DNA of 64,000 nt. Source: a virus. Lineage: Duplodnaviria > Heunggongvirae > Uroviricota > Caudoviricetes. Shown here piece by piece: positions 37,871-49,473 of this stretch (position 1 is the stretch's first letter; every line of letters begins with the position of its first letter). The translations under genes and the position numbers were made by a program. The stretch lies in IMG/VR virus record IMGVR_UViG_3300037418_002962, positions 90,650 to 154,649 of that record. One strand, given 5' to 3'. The notes beneath the pieces were generated by a model. The model was not told the origin of the DNA and did no database searches. It saw only the letters and a list, made by a program, of their open reading frames with translations.

Positions 37871-38497
37871 ATGAAGACATTTAAAGAATTACTTAAAGAA
37901 AGCAATGAACATTGGGTTGGAACTACAAATCCTGATATTAATACTGTCAATATTCCTCAAAGTAACAATCATAATTATAGAGAAAATTTCCTATTAGATA
38001 AAAATGACCATTATAATCTTAATGACCATGAGAGAGATGCGGTAGAAGATTATGTGTCATCTGCTGCTTTAATAAATTCTCATCATAGGCATAATGATGT
38101 TCCTGAAAAATGGCATAATTTATTAAATGAGAGAACAAAGCATCTGGATTCTGCTCTAAATAAAAATAGAACAAGACATAATGTCCATCTCTGGAGAGGT
38201 ATTATAAGAGATGATAGTAAAAAAATATTACAGGATCTTAATCCAGGAGATACTTTCCACGATAAAGGCTATGTTTCTACAAGTTTTTCTCCAGATGCAG
38301 CAGGTGGTTTTGGTTCTCATCTTTTTCATATAAAAGTTCCTAAAGGGAGCAGAGCGTTAGTTCCATCTTATCATGGTTTGGGTAAAGCACATGAGCAGGA
38401 AGTAATATTACCGAGAAATTCTAAATTTAGATATTTAAATTCTGAAAAAATTAATGGAACTAACATACATCATTTAGAACATATACCAGAGGATTAA
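37871..38497 (+). CDS. capsid-targeted ADP-ribosyltransferase paralog 10
   Basis: MKTFKELLKESNEHWVGTTNP; ALINSHHRHND, VHLWRGI, DKGYVSTSF, HEQEVILPRNSKFRYLN. Confidence 0.8.
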   Translation: MKTFKELLKESNEHWVGTTNPDINTVNIPQSNNHNYRENFLLDKNDHYNLNDHERDAVEDYVSSAALINSHHRHNDVPEKWHNLLNERTKHLDSALNKNRTRHNVHLWRGIIRDDSKKILQDLNPGDTFHDKGYVSTSFSPDAAGGFGSHLFHIKVPKGSRALVPSYHGLGKAHEQEVILPRNSKFRYLNSEKINGTNIHHLEHIPED

Positions 38498-38501
38498 AAT
38501 T

Positions 38502-40656
<2,155 letters not shown>

Positions 40657-40663
40657 ATAATGG

Positions 40664-41293
40664 ATGAACAATCCATATACTTATATCTATTTTGATCCTT
40701 CTAGAGATTTTGAACCCTTTTATGTTGGTAAAGGGAACGGTAGAAGATACAAAAGACATCTAACTAGAAAAGATATGCATCCAATGACTCACAGAATTCA
40801 GAAAATGCTGAAAGAGAATATTGAGCCTATAATTAAAATTATAGAATGTTCTACAGATGAAAATGCTCTGAATTTAGAATCTGCTTTAATTAGAATATTT
40901 GGCAGAAAAGATTTAAATAAGGGTCCATTGCTAAATCTAACTGATGGTGGTGAAAATCCTCCAAGGTTGTTTGGAGAAGACAATGGATTTTATGGTAAAA
41001 ATCATAGTGATGAAACAAAGGATAAGCTTAGAAAAGCTAGATTAGGAAAAAAGCTCTCTAAAGAAGTCGTGGAAAAAATGGCGTTGGGCCATAGAGGAAT
41101 TCCATGTTCAGAAGCAGCAATAGCAAGTACAGCCAAGAGATTTCTTATTATTTTCCCAGATGGGCATGAAGAAGAAATTATAAACATGAGGAAATTCTGC
41201 CGAGAAAACGATTTAAGTTATAGAAATATGAAAAGAGTTTTGAGAGGCGAAAGGAAACAACATAAAGGATTTAAAGCAATAAAACTAAGTTAA
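40664..41293 (+). mobile_element. GIY-YIG homing endonuclease (Seg-like) between terminase and sheath genes
   Basis: YTYIYFDPSRDFEPFYVGKGNGRRYKRH (GIY-YIG + R..H); NUMOD3-like GKNHSDETKDKLRKARLGKK; C-terminal IIFPDGHEEEIINMRKFCRENDL...KGFKAIK DNA-binding module. Confidence 0.8.
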
Positions 41294-41353
41294 ATCCTTA
41301 AATTCATAAATAATAGGAATGAATTGAAAGAATTATATTTAGGAGTTTTGCAT

Positions 41354-43681
41354 ATGGCTTTCCAAGTTTCACCAGGAATTCAAACAAACGAGATCGATAT
41401 TACCACAATCGCAACAGCCACTGCTGCATCTCCAGGAGGGCTTGCAGGATTATTCCGTTGGGGAAGTGTTGGTACCGTAACTTTAGTAACATCAGAAAAT
41501 GATCTTGTAAATAAATTTGGTAAACCAACAAATTTTAATGCCGAAACTTGGTTTACTGGTGCAGATTTCCTTGCATTTTCCAATGCTCTAAACATTGTTC
41601 GTGCAGCTAATACTACAGGATTTTCCAATACTAATGCTGTTACTCTATCAAATTCCACAACAGGATCAATTTCTTCTGTAGGTACTGGAATTTCTAACAA
41701 TATTCTTGTAGCTGGTCCTGGAATTCAGACAGGAACTCTTGTAACTAATGTTCAAGCAAATTCAACCGTAACTACATTTAATCTAACAAAGGCTACTACA
41801 AATACTGCTCCAGGTTCACTATTATTCTATAGCGGAAATACTACATTCTCTGCAATTGCAAATTCTTCAGCAATTTCTAAATCCCTATCAACTTATGTTG
41901 TAAAAAATGCTGATTATTATCCTGTTGCTGCTCCAAATTTTGAGCTTGGAGTTGTAGAGTATGTTGCAAAATATCCAGGCGCACTGGGCAATTCTCTAGC
42001 TGTTTCTCAGTGTGAGACTGCAAATCAGTATACAAGCACAATTAATCTTCTAAATTACAATGGCAATACTTCTGCTAATACTACAAATACTGCATTTGTT
42101 ATTAATACAGGAACAAACTTTGCCACAATTTCAGTAGCAAATACTACTGGTGCAAACGATATTGTTACTGCAAACCTTGCAGGACAGATTGCCTCTGCTA
42201 TTTCTCCAGGAGATTACATTCTTGTAGGAAATACAACAATCGGTACTTCTTATATGCAGGTAAATTCTGTTAGTAATGTTGTTGTACAGAATACAGTTAT
42301 AAATGCTGTTTCTACAAATACTGGTACAGCTTCGTTTACTCTTACATTCAACAGTCCATATGTTCTAAGCTCCAATGTTTCAATGACTTCCTTTAATCGT
42401 TATTGGCAGTATTTCAATAATGTTTCTGGTGCTCCAGCCCAGTCTGCTTATCAGGCTGCACAGGGAAATACTGCTGCTAATGATCAGATGCATGTTGTAG
42501 TTATTGATAAAGGTGGATTATTTACTGGTGTTCCGGGTCAGATCCTCGAAACTTTTGCAAATCTTTCTAGAGCCACTGACAATAAAAATCCAGATGGAAC
42601 AAGCAATTATTATGCTACTGTATTGAATAATGAATCAGCTTATATTTGGTATGCTTCAGATAGAAATGGTGCAGCTTCAAATACTTCACTAAATCTAACT
42701 AGCAGCACAAATCTAGATCCAATAACCCTAAACTTTAATCTAGGTTCAGATGGAGATGATGAAAATACTGTAAGTTTCGGTACACTTGCTTATGGTTATG
42801 ATAAGTTTGCATCTGACCATGTAACAGTTGGTCTAATTATGGCTGGAAAATCTGTAGGCGGTACTTATGGTGAACAGAATGCCAATTACTATATTGATAA
42901 CATCGTTTCTAAACGTCTAGATTGTGTAGTTTTTACTTCTGCTCCTGCAAATACTGTTGTTCTTTCTGCTGGCGCACAACAGGGCAATCAGTTAACCAAT
43001 GTAATCAATTGGTCAAATGCTCTTAGAGCTTCTTCATATCTATTTGTTGATACTGGTTATTATTACAGATACGACAAATATAATGATATTTATCGTTGGA
43101 TTCCTCTAAATGGTAATGCTGCAGGTTGTTGTGCTTATACAGATAAAGTAAGAGATCCTTGGTATTCTCCAGGTGGATTTACTAGAGGTCAGCTAAAGAA
43201 CATCATCAAACTTGCTTGGAATCCAAAGAAAGCTGATAGAGATATTCTTTATCCTGCTGGAGTAAATCCTGTTGTATCATTTGATGGTCAGGGAACAATT
43301 CTTTATGGCGATAAGACTCACCTAATTGGCGATAATAGTGCATTCTCAAGAATTGGTGTCAGAAGACTCTTTATTACTCTAGAGAAATCAATTTCTGTTG
43401 CAAGTCAGTTCCTATTGTTTGAGTTCAATGATATTTTCACTCAGACACAGTTTACTTCTACAGTAAATCCTTATCTAAGGCAAGTAAAAGGTAGAAGAGG
43501 CGTTACCGATTATGCAATCGATCTAAGTGGTAATACACCAGATATTGTTGATTCTGAACAGTTCGTTGGTAATATTTTCATTAAACCAGCAAGAAGCATT
43601 AATTATGTAACTCTAAACTTCATTGCTACTCCAACAGGCGTATCATTTAACGAGTTTATTGGTATAGTTGGTGGCTCTTAA
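41354..43681 (+). CDS. gp18: tail sheath protein gp18
   Basis: MAFQVSPGIQTNEIDITT...FRWGSVGTVTLVTSENDLVNKFGKP matches remembered T4 gp18 N-terminus (LSPGIELKETTVQST...FQWGPAFQIKQVTNEVDLVNTFGQP); start at the ATG with an AGGAG RBS. Confidence 0.85.
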   Translation: MAFQVSPGIQTNEIDITTIATATAASPGGLAGLFRWGSVGTVTLVTSENDLVNKFGKPTNFNAETWFTGADFLAFSNALNIVRAANTTGFSNTNAVTLSNSTTGSISSVGTGISNNILVAGPGIQTGTLVTNVQANSTVTTFNLTKATTNTAPGSLLFYSGNTTFSAIANSSAISKSLSTYVVKNADYYPVAAPNFELGVVEYVAKYPGALGNSLAVSQCETANQYTSTINLLNYNGNTSANTTNTAFVINTGTNFATISVANTTGANDIVTANLAGQIASAISPGDYILVGNTTIGTSYMQVNSVSNVVVQNTVINAVSTNTGTASFTLTFNSPYVLSSNVSMTSFNRYWQYFNNVSGAPAQSAYQAAQGNTAANDQMHVVVIDKGGLFTGVPGQILETFANLSRATDNKNPDGTSNYYATVLNNESAYIWYASDRNGAASNTSLNLTSSTNLDPITLNFNLGSDGDDENTVSFGTLAYGYDKFASDHVTVGLIMAGKSVGGTYGEQNANYYIDNIVSKRLDCVVFTSAPANTVVLSAGAQQGNQLTNVINWSNALRASSYLFVDTGYYYRYDKYNDIYRWIPLNGNAAGCCAYTDKVRDPWYSPGGFTRGQLKNIIKLAWNPKKADRDILYPAGVNPVVSFDGQGTILYGDKTHLIGDNSAFSRIGVRRLFITLEKSISVASQFLLFEFNDIFTQTQFTSTVNPYLRQVKGRRGVTDYAIDLSGNTPDIVDSEQFVGNIFIKPARSINYVTLNFIATPTGVSFNEFIGIVGGS

Positions 43682-43689
43682 TATAAATA
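43682..43689 (+). promoter_or_regulatory. T4-type late promoter TATAAATA upstream of gp19
   Basis: Exact TATAAATA 25 nt upstream of ATG 43714. Confidence 0.55.
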
Positions 43690-43713
43690 ATATTAAAACA
43701 GGAGATAAAGTAA

Positions 43714-44265
43714 ATGACATTTAATATTAATGACTTAAGAGCAGATTATAAGCTAGGTGGGGTAAGACCTACTCAGTTTTCTATCCAGCTAACTAATCCT
43801 TCAACTTCAACTGCTGATATTCATATTCCTATGAGATGTACTGCTGCTTCACTTCCTGCTTCAAATCTTGGAGTTATTCAGGTTCCTTATTTCGGAAGAA
43901 TGAAAAAATTAGCTGGTGACAGAGTATTCTCTGAATGGACTGTTACAATGCGTGATGACGAAGATTTTGCTGTCAGAGATTCATTAGAAACTTGGTCAGC
44001 ACAGATTAATGCTCTTCAGGCAAATATTAGAGGCTTTCCAACTTCTGAATCTGCTGATTATCAGACTGATGCGACTGTTACTCAGTTTAGTAAAAAAGGT
44101 GATGCATTAAGAACATATACCTTTATTAACATTTGGCCTCAGATTATTACTGCTATTCCTCTAGATTGGGGTCAGACAGATACAGTTGAATATTTCCAGG
44201 TTGTATTCCAATATGACGAATATTATCCATCAGGCAAAACTGGAAATGCTGGAGGCTTCATTTAA
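43714..44265 (+). CDS. gp19: tail tube protein gp19
   Basis: 183 aa after gp18; DRVFSEWTVTMRDDED resembles T4 gp19 (DRTFDDWTVTVMNDEA). Confidence 0.75.
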   Translation: MTFNINDLRADYKLGGVRPTQFSIQLTNPSTSTADIHIPMRCTAASLPASNLGVIQVPYFGRMKKLAGDRVFSEWTVTMRDDEDFAVRDSLETWSAQINALQANIRGFPTSESADYQTDATVTQFSKKGDALRTYTFINIWPQIITAIPLDWGQTDTVEYFQVVFQYDEYYPSGKTGNAGGFI

Positions 44266-44284
44266 TAATTTTTAAAGGATTATC

Positions 44285-44292
44285 TATAAATA
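44285..44292 (+). promoter_or_regulatory. T4-type late promoter TATAAATA upstream of the portal gene
   Basis: Exact TATAAATA 28 nt upstream of ATG 44320. Confidence 0.5.
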
Positions 44293-44422
44293 CTTAGTTA
44301 ATCCTTTAAATTCTTTATAATGGAGTATAGTCCTGAAACTTTTTGGTTACGAGATAAAAAAATTACAAGCTCCAGAGCTTCCATCATTTGTTCCAACTAA
44401 GGCAGAACCAGATGATGGTGCA

Positions 44423-45922
44423 ATGGTCATTTCTGGTGGTGGAGTTTTCGGAACCTATGTTGATATTGATGGTTCCATTAGAGGCGAAGCAGAACTAGTA
44501 AATAAGTACAGAGAAATTGCAGAGCATCCAGAAGTAGAATCTGCAATTGATGATGTCGTTAATGAAGCTATTGTAATTGATGATGATGAAGATATTATCC
44601 AAATCGATTTAGATAAAGCTAAAATCGGTAATCAAAATATTCCTGTAAATATCCAGAAACTGATTACAGATGAATTCGATAATGTTTTAAACATGTTAGG
44701 ATTCAGGGCGAATCCCTATGAAATATTTAAAAGATGGTATATAGATGGAAGAATTTACTTCCATGCTGTTGTAGACCCTGCAAGAATTAAGCTCGGTATC
44801 CAAGAACTAAGATATATCGATCCCAGAAAAATTAGAAAAATTAGAGAAACCAAAAAGGAATTAGACCCTCTTTCAGGGGCAACTATTACTAAAGTTGTTA
44901 ATGAATATTATATTTACAATGAAAAAGGATTTGGTAATTCAAGTAGTGGTGGTAATAATGCTGCAGGAAGTCTTAATACTGGTATAAGAATTGCTAAAGA
45001 TGCAATTATTCAAGTAACTTCTGGCCTTTCTTCTTCAAGAGGGGATTTGATTTTATCATACCTACACAAAGCAATCAAACCTGTAAATATGTTGAGATCA
45101 ATGGAAGATGCTCTAGTAATTTACAGAATTTCTAGATCTGCAGAAAGAAGACTGTTTTACATTGAAACTGGTCATATGCCAACGATGAAGGCAACTCAGT
45201 ATATGAGAGATCAGGCCACCAAATACAAAAATAAAGTTGTTTATGATTCAGAGACTGGTCAAATAAAATCTGACCGTAAATGGGCAACAATGCTTGAAGA
45301 TTTCTATATTTCTAGAAGAAATGGGCAAGGAGATGAAATTACTACCCTTCCATCAGGTGGAAATCTTTCCCAGATGGATGATGTTCTATATTTCAAAAGA
45401 AATCTTTACAGATGTCTCAATATTCCTGTTACAAGAATTGATCCAGATTCCATGTATAATTATGGAAGAGAAAATGAACTTACCAGAGATGAAGTAAAAT
45501 TTTCAAAGTTCATTATGAGATTAAGAAGCAGGTTTGCTACTTTATTCACTAAAATTCTTGAAAGGCAATTAGTTCTAAAGGGAATTATGTCAATTGAAGA
45601 ATTTAATTCAATGGCAGATGGTATTAAATATAACTTTGCCAAGGATAATTATTGGGAAGAATTAAAGGAAACCCAAATTATTACTGAGAGAATGAATGTT
45701 CTTCAGGCAATTGCTCCATGGATTGGAAGATTTTATTCCAATAAATGGGTAAGACAAATAGTTCTAAAACAAACCGAAGAAGAAATGGCAGAGATGGATA
45801 TGGAAATTATTGAGGAAATGAGTAATCCACAATATCTACCACCAGAGGAAGATCCTGAATCGCAACAAGCAAGAGGAATGCAGATGCCTCAACAGGAACA
45901 ACCACAAGGAAAGCCCCAATAA
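44423..45922 (+). CDS. gp20: portal vertex protein gp20 (coordinates from first in-frame ATG; about 34 conserved codons continue upstream in frame to 44321)
   Basis: FKRWYIDGRIYFHAVVDPARIKLGIQELRYIDPRKI matches remembered T4 gp20 ([36 protein letters not shown]); 499 aa. Confidence 0.85.
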   Translation: MVISGGGVFGTYVDIDGSIRGEAELVNKYREIAEHPEVESAIDDVVNEAIVIDDDEDIIQIDLDKAKIGNQNIPVNIQKLITDEFDNVLNMLGFRANPYEIFKRWYIDGRIYFHAVVDPARIKLGIQELRYIDPRKIRKIRETKKELDPLSGATITKVVNEYYIYNEKGFGNSSSGGNNAAGSLNTGIRIAKDAIIQVTSGLSSSRGDLILSYLHKAIKPVNMLRSMEDALVIYRISRSAERRLFYIETGHMPTMKATQYMRDQATKYKNKVVYDSETGQIKSDRKWATMLEDFYISRRNGQGDEITTLPSGGNLSQMDDVLYFKRNLYRCLNIPVTRIDPDSMYNYGRENELTRDEVKFSKFIMRLRSRFATLFTKILERQLVLKGIMSIEEFNSMADGIKYNFAKDNYWEELKETQIITERMNVLQAIAPWIGRFYSNKWVRQIVLKQTEEEMAEMDMEIIEEMSNPQYLPPEEDPESQQARGMQMPQQEQPQGKPQ

Positions 45923-45930
45923 ATCATTTA

Positions 45931-45938
45931 TATAAATA
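45931..45938 (+). promoter_or_regulatory. T4-type late promoter TATAAATA
   Basis: Exact TATAAATA 22 nt upstream of ATG 45960. Confidence 0.5.
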
Positions 45939-45959
45939 TTGAATAATAAGGAGATAATT

Positions 45960-46163
45960 ATGGCAGAATCACAGGTATTTACATCAGCAGATATTGTTAA
46001 AGCAGCAGCAGAAAATGATGCACTAAATGCAAAATCAGCTTTTGGTAACATTATGTTAGATAAAATTAGAGATGCAATTGCTGGAAAAAGAGAAGAAATG
46101 GCTAGTACATTGCTGACAACTCCAGAAAATAATACAGAAGTAGAGGTTACAGATAATGCCTAA
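45960..46163 (+). CDS. small prohead core protein, gp67-like (67 aa; MAESQVF start with AAGGAG RBS)
   Basis: Position between portal and protease as in T4; the track start at 45939 lacks an RBS. Confidence 0.4.
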   Translation: MAESQVFTSADIVKAAAENDALNAKSAFGNIMLDKIRDAIAGKREEMASTLLTTPENNTEVEVTDNA

Positions 46164-47592
46164 TCCAATTTTATCAAAAATTCTAGAACTATATGTTCCT
46201 AAGACTCAAGGAGAAAAAGAGTTTTGGAACCTTCATGTTATTAAGAAAGTAAATAATGATCCAAAGACAAATATGGACAGTACTTTCCAGGCCACAAATA
46301 TTGCTGTTGATACCTCTAGACCAGCAGATAAAAAAGTAAAGTCTGACTATGATACTTTATCTGGAAATGAAGATGATAAAGTTGCAGAAGATTTTTCGGG
46401 AGTTCTTGGACTTTCGGAAGCAGCATGGGTAGTTTCCAAGCCTCTTGATACTATTTCTGGAGTTAAAGAAGGTCCAATTGTTGTAGTAAATATGAAACAT
46501 GGACAGAAGAAAATTGGGCTAGTTCGTAGACCAAATCAGCTAGGTCCAAATAAAGATAACAAGAAGGCTGGCGATTATAGCAAGACTTTCGTAATTAAAC
46601 ATAAACCAACAGGAAGAAGTTTTACTTTATATACTGCTGCTGGTACTCCAAGAATTCGTGCATATGGGCATGATGACAAGGATCTTACACAGAAACTAAA
46701 AGATTACTTAGAAGAAAATCTTAGCTATGAGTATGACATTACTCATGGAGTTTTTCTAGGCGAAGAATTCACTCCAAATAAAGTCTATCATATCGGTAAA
46801 GATGATGATAGAGGATATTTTATTCCTAAGTCAAAACAAAAAAATGGCAAGTGGGCTGGACTGCAATTTGATGGTGGTGCAGCAGGAAGATCTGCAAAGA
46901 AACCAACAAAGTATGCTTATGATCCTCATCCTAGTTGGAAAGAAACACCAGACCATGAAATTCCAAAACATATAAAGCCATATATTAATGAAGAATTTGA
47001 GAATGATGGTGATCATGATGCAGATGACGATGAAGTATCATTTGATGTTCCAACCTTTATTAAGGCTCTAGAATGGGCCAGAGAAGATGCAAATAAAGAT
47101 AGCAATCTTCATATTTTTGCTGAAAATGCAGTAAAGCTAAACAGATGTGCCAAAATGGAAGATTGGGATAAGCTTGTTGAAGGAACTAAAGGTGCTGATG
47201 AACCTGTAGACGAAGAATTTTATGAACTTCCAGTATTTGAACAGATTGAACTAAATGCTGATTCTGGACAGGACTTTGACATTACTTTCAAGAATGGAGA
47301 TATTCTAACAATTTCTCCAGATAAAGCCAAGTCAATTCTTGAAAACAAAGAAATTAATCAGGAATTACTTTCAGAATCAATCGAAACATTTAACGAAGAA
47401 GCTGGCCTAAGGCTTATTGATACTCATGAAGAAGGCAATAAGAAAGCCAAGGTCTACAAAAATTATCATTGGGGAGAATATCAGGTTAAGTTCCATACCG
47501 ATGGAAAACATCACAAGGATGCTGATTATCATACAGATGATGAGGATGATGCCCATGGTACTGCAAAAAATTGGTTAAGGAATAGTAAATAA
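46156..47592 (+). CDS. large acidic prohead core / internal protein (478 aa)
   Basis: Position in the head-morphogenesis cassette; very acidic C-terminal half (DGDHDADDDE...); N-terminal KILELYVPK with LxE-type sites. Confidence 0.4.
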   Translation: MPNPILSKILELYVPKTQGEKEFWNLHVIKKVNNDPKTNMDSTFQATNIAVDTSRPADKKVKSDYDTLSGNEDDKVAEDFSGVLGLSEAAWVVSKPLDTISGVKEGPIVVVNMKHGQKKIGLVRRPNQLGPNKDNKKAGDYSKTFVIKHKPTGRSFTLYTAAGTPRIRAYGHDDKDLTQKLKDYLEENLSYEYDITHGVFLGEEFTPNKVYHIGKDDDRGYFIPKSKQKNGKWAGLQFDGGAAGRSAKKPTKYAYDPHPSWKETPDHEIPKHIKPYINEEFENDGDHDADDDEVSFDVPTFIKALEWAREDANKDSNLHIFAENAVKLNRCAKMEDWDKLVEGTKGADEPVDEEFYELPVFEQIELNADSGQDFDITFKNGDILTISPDKAKSILENKEINQELLSESIETFNEEAGLRLIDTHEEGNKKAKVYKNYHWGEYQVKFHTDGKHHKDADYHTDDEDDAHGTAKNWLRNSK

Positions 47593-47960
47593 TGGCTATC
47601 ATCAATAACAGACTTGGACGTTCAGCAACTATTAGACTAACAGCAAATGCTACTATTAATATGTCTAGCCTTGCAGTTACTAATTCAGGAATTTCAAATG
47701 TTTCCGAGACAGTTGCAGGAGCTACAATTACAAGAATCTGGTGGGTAGGAAATACAACAATTTCTAGAGGCGCTAATCTTGTTTTTCAGGCACCAGCAGG
47801 AACTTCAGGTGCTTGGTTATTAGATGGAAATCCCATTACAGATTTTTCTTCAGCTAATCTTGTATTTACTGTTGATGCAGGAGGAACTGTTGTTTGTGAA
47901 GTTCATAAACAGGAAAATACTCCAATTACTTCACCAAATACTAATTATATTAGCTATTAA
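47592..47960 (+). CDS. hypothetical beta-rich head-cassette protein (122 aa)
   Basis: ORF track; ATGA-type junction. Confidence 0.4.
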   Translation: MAIINNRLGRSATIRLTANATINMSSLAVTNSGISNVSETVAGATITRIWWVGNTTISRGANLVFQAPAGTSGAWLLDGNPITDFSSANLVFTVDAGGTVVCEVHKQENTPITSPNTNYISY

Positions 47961-47970
47961 AAGGAATAAA

Positions 47971-48285
47971 ATGTCAGGTTTAATGGATATCTACACTAAG
48001 CAAATTTCCAGAGATGCTAATAAGATAGAGGAAAGCATGTATCCAAATTTGGAAAAGGATGAAGGAGAATTTAGAAATATTTTACAAAAGCATGGCTATG
48101 TAAAAGGATTACATGGGTTTGAAATGATCCATCCTAAAGAAGGACATTTAGTAACAATTTTCGATAATAAAGATGGTAAAATTTTTGTTAGTCATAAATT
48201 CAATAAAGAACCACATTATACAGTGAAATTTCATGATCCTGCTAGCCTAAATAATTACCTGCATCATCATATTAGTAAGGAATAA
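47971..48285 (+). CDS. small head-cassette protein, paralog A (104 aa; MSGLMDIYTKQISRD)
   Basis: Real ATG inside track ORF 47824-48285; paralogous to 48941-49420. Confidence 0.45.
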   Translation: MSGLMDIYTKQISRDANKIEESMYPNLEKDEGEFRNILQKHGYVKGLHGFEMIHPKEGHLVTIFDNKDGKIFVSHKFNKEPHYTVKFHDPASLNNYLHHHISKE

Positions 48286-48288
48286 GAA

Positions 48289-48939
48289 ATGAAGCTACTC
48301 AGAGATTACTTAACAGAAGATATTGAATACTTAACAGAAGATAAAGAGGGCGTAAAAAATCTTTATATTACTGGTCCATTCATGATGGCTGAAAAGATTA
48401 ACAGGAATGGCAGAGCTTATCCATTATCTATTCTTGAAAGAGAAGTAGCAAGATATATCAAGGAAAAAGTCAATGAAAATATGGCATGGGGGGAGCTAAA
48501 TCATCCACAAGGCCCACAAATTAATTTCGATAGAGTTTCCCATAGAATTGTTGAATTAAAACAAGATGGAAATTGCTTCTATGGCAAGGCACTTATTACT
48601 AATACTCCATGCGGAAATATTGTCAAGGGATTAATTGAATCTGGTGGGAAAGTTGGTGTTTCTTCAAGAGGAATGGGTTCTCTAAAACCAATGAGAGAAG
48701 GCCATAATGAAGTACAGGACGATTATTTTCTAGCAACTGCTGCAGATGTTGTTGCAGATCCTTCAATGCACACTGCATTTGTTAATGGCATCATGGAAGA
48801 AAAAGAATGGATATTCGAATCTGGTGTGTGGAAAGAAGCAGAGCTAGTTGCTGCTAAACAGGAAATTCATAGAGTTTCTAAAAGTCAGCTAGAAGAAGCC
48901 AAATTGTCACTATTCAAGAAATTCCTAGGGAGTCTGTAA
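48289..48939 (+). CDS. gp21: prohead core protein and protease gp21
   Basis: LYITGPFMMAEKINRNGRAYP...WGELNHPQGPQINFDRVSHRIVEL...VGVSSRGMGSL matches remembered T4 gp21 (IYISGKFMEAEIKNRNGRIYP...TGELEHPESPSINTERISHVITKL...LGVSSRALGSV). Confidence 0.9.
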   Translation: MKLLRDYLTEDIEYLTEDKEGVKNLYITGPFMMAEKINRNGRAYPLSILEREVARYIKEKVNENMAWGELNHPQGPQINFDRVSHRIVELKQDGNCFYGKALITNTPCGNIVKGLIESGGKVGVSSRGMGSLKPMREGHNEVQDDYFLATAADVVADPSMHTAFVNGIMEEKEWIFESGVWKEAELVAAKQEIHRVSKSQLEEAKLSLFKKFLGSL

Positions 48940-48940
48940 A

Positions 48941-49420
48941 ATGTCAAATATGGAAATGTATATGCAAAGAATTTCTAGGGATGTCAAGGCAAAAACTTGT
49001 GGATATTTAGAGGAAGCAATTGTAACCCCAAACAGTTCTGGTCAGGGATATGATGAGGATCATGTGGAAAATCCATATCATCATTTGCTTACTCAACATG
49101 GATTTATTTACAGCCATTCCACCCCAGTAACACATCTAATGACTGTTTATGACAAGGATTGGGATAAGAAAACAGGAAAGAAATTTATTTATCACACATA
49201 TAAGAAAGGCGAAAGAAATATTTCCGTTCATATCGACCCAGATTCTACTTGGCAATACAAATCACCAAAAAATAAATTCAAATGGTCTGGTTCAAAGTCT
49301 TCTGCATCAGGAAGGCATAAAGAAGGCAATGATGTAGAATCTCTACAAAAGTATTTAAAGAATATTAGAAACGTCAAAGAAGACTATGAAGAAGGTCTAG
49401 AATCCTTCTTAAATAGTTAA
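48941..49420 (+). CDS. small head-cassette protein, paralog B (159 aa; MSNMEMYMQRISRD)
   Basis: Shares its N-terminal motif and central L..HG[YF]....H block with 47971-48285. Confidence 0.45.
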   Translation: MSNMEMYMQRISRDVKAKTCGYLEEAIVTPNSSGQGYDEDHVENPYHHLLTQHGFIYSHSTPVTHLMTVYDKDWDKKTGKKFIYHTYKKGERNISVHIDPDSTWQYKSPKNKFKWSGSKSSASGRHKEGNDVESLQKYLKNIRNVKEDYEEGLESFLNS

Positions 49421-49436
49421 GTAAAAATTTCAGAAA

Positions 49437-49444
49437 TATAAATA
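49437..49444 (+). promoter_or_regulatory. T4-type late promoter TATAAATA upstream of the scaffold gene
   Basis: Exact TATAAATA 30 nt upstream of ATG 49474. Confidence 0.55.
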
Positions 49445-49473
49445 TATAAGAATTACTAAGGAGATTTAATAGA

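Noticed and set aside
41306-41313. CATAAATA as additional late promoters (before gp18, and in the gp15 island near 36973)
   Set aside because: One mismatch from the strict TATAAATA consensus at the first position; possibly functional but not asserted as features
45939-45959. Upstream ATG (MNNKEII) for the gp67-like gene, and similar upstream ATGs at 2968, 4787, 7051, 25824, 28543-29442 and 41324
   Set aside because: In each case an internal ATG has a much better Shine-Dalgarno or matches the T4 ortholog's N-terminus (MANNS for gp6, MAFQVSPGI for gp18, MKSFSQLLE for the tagged protein)
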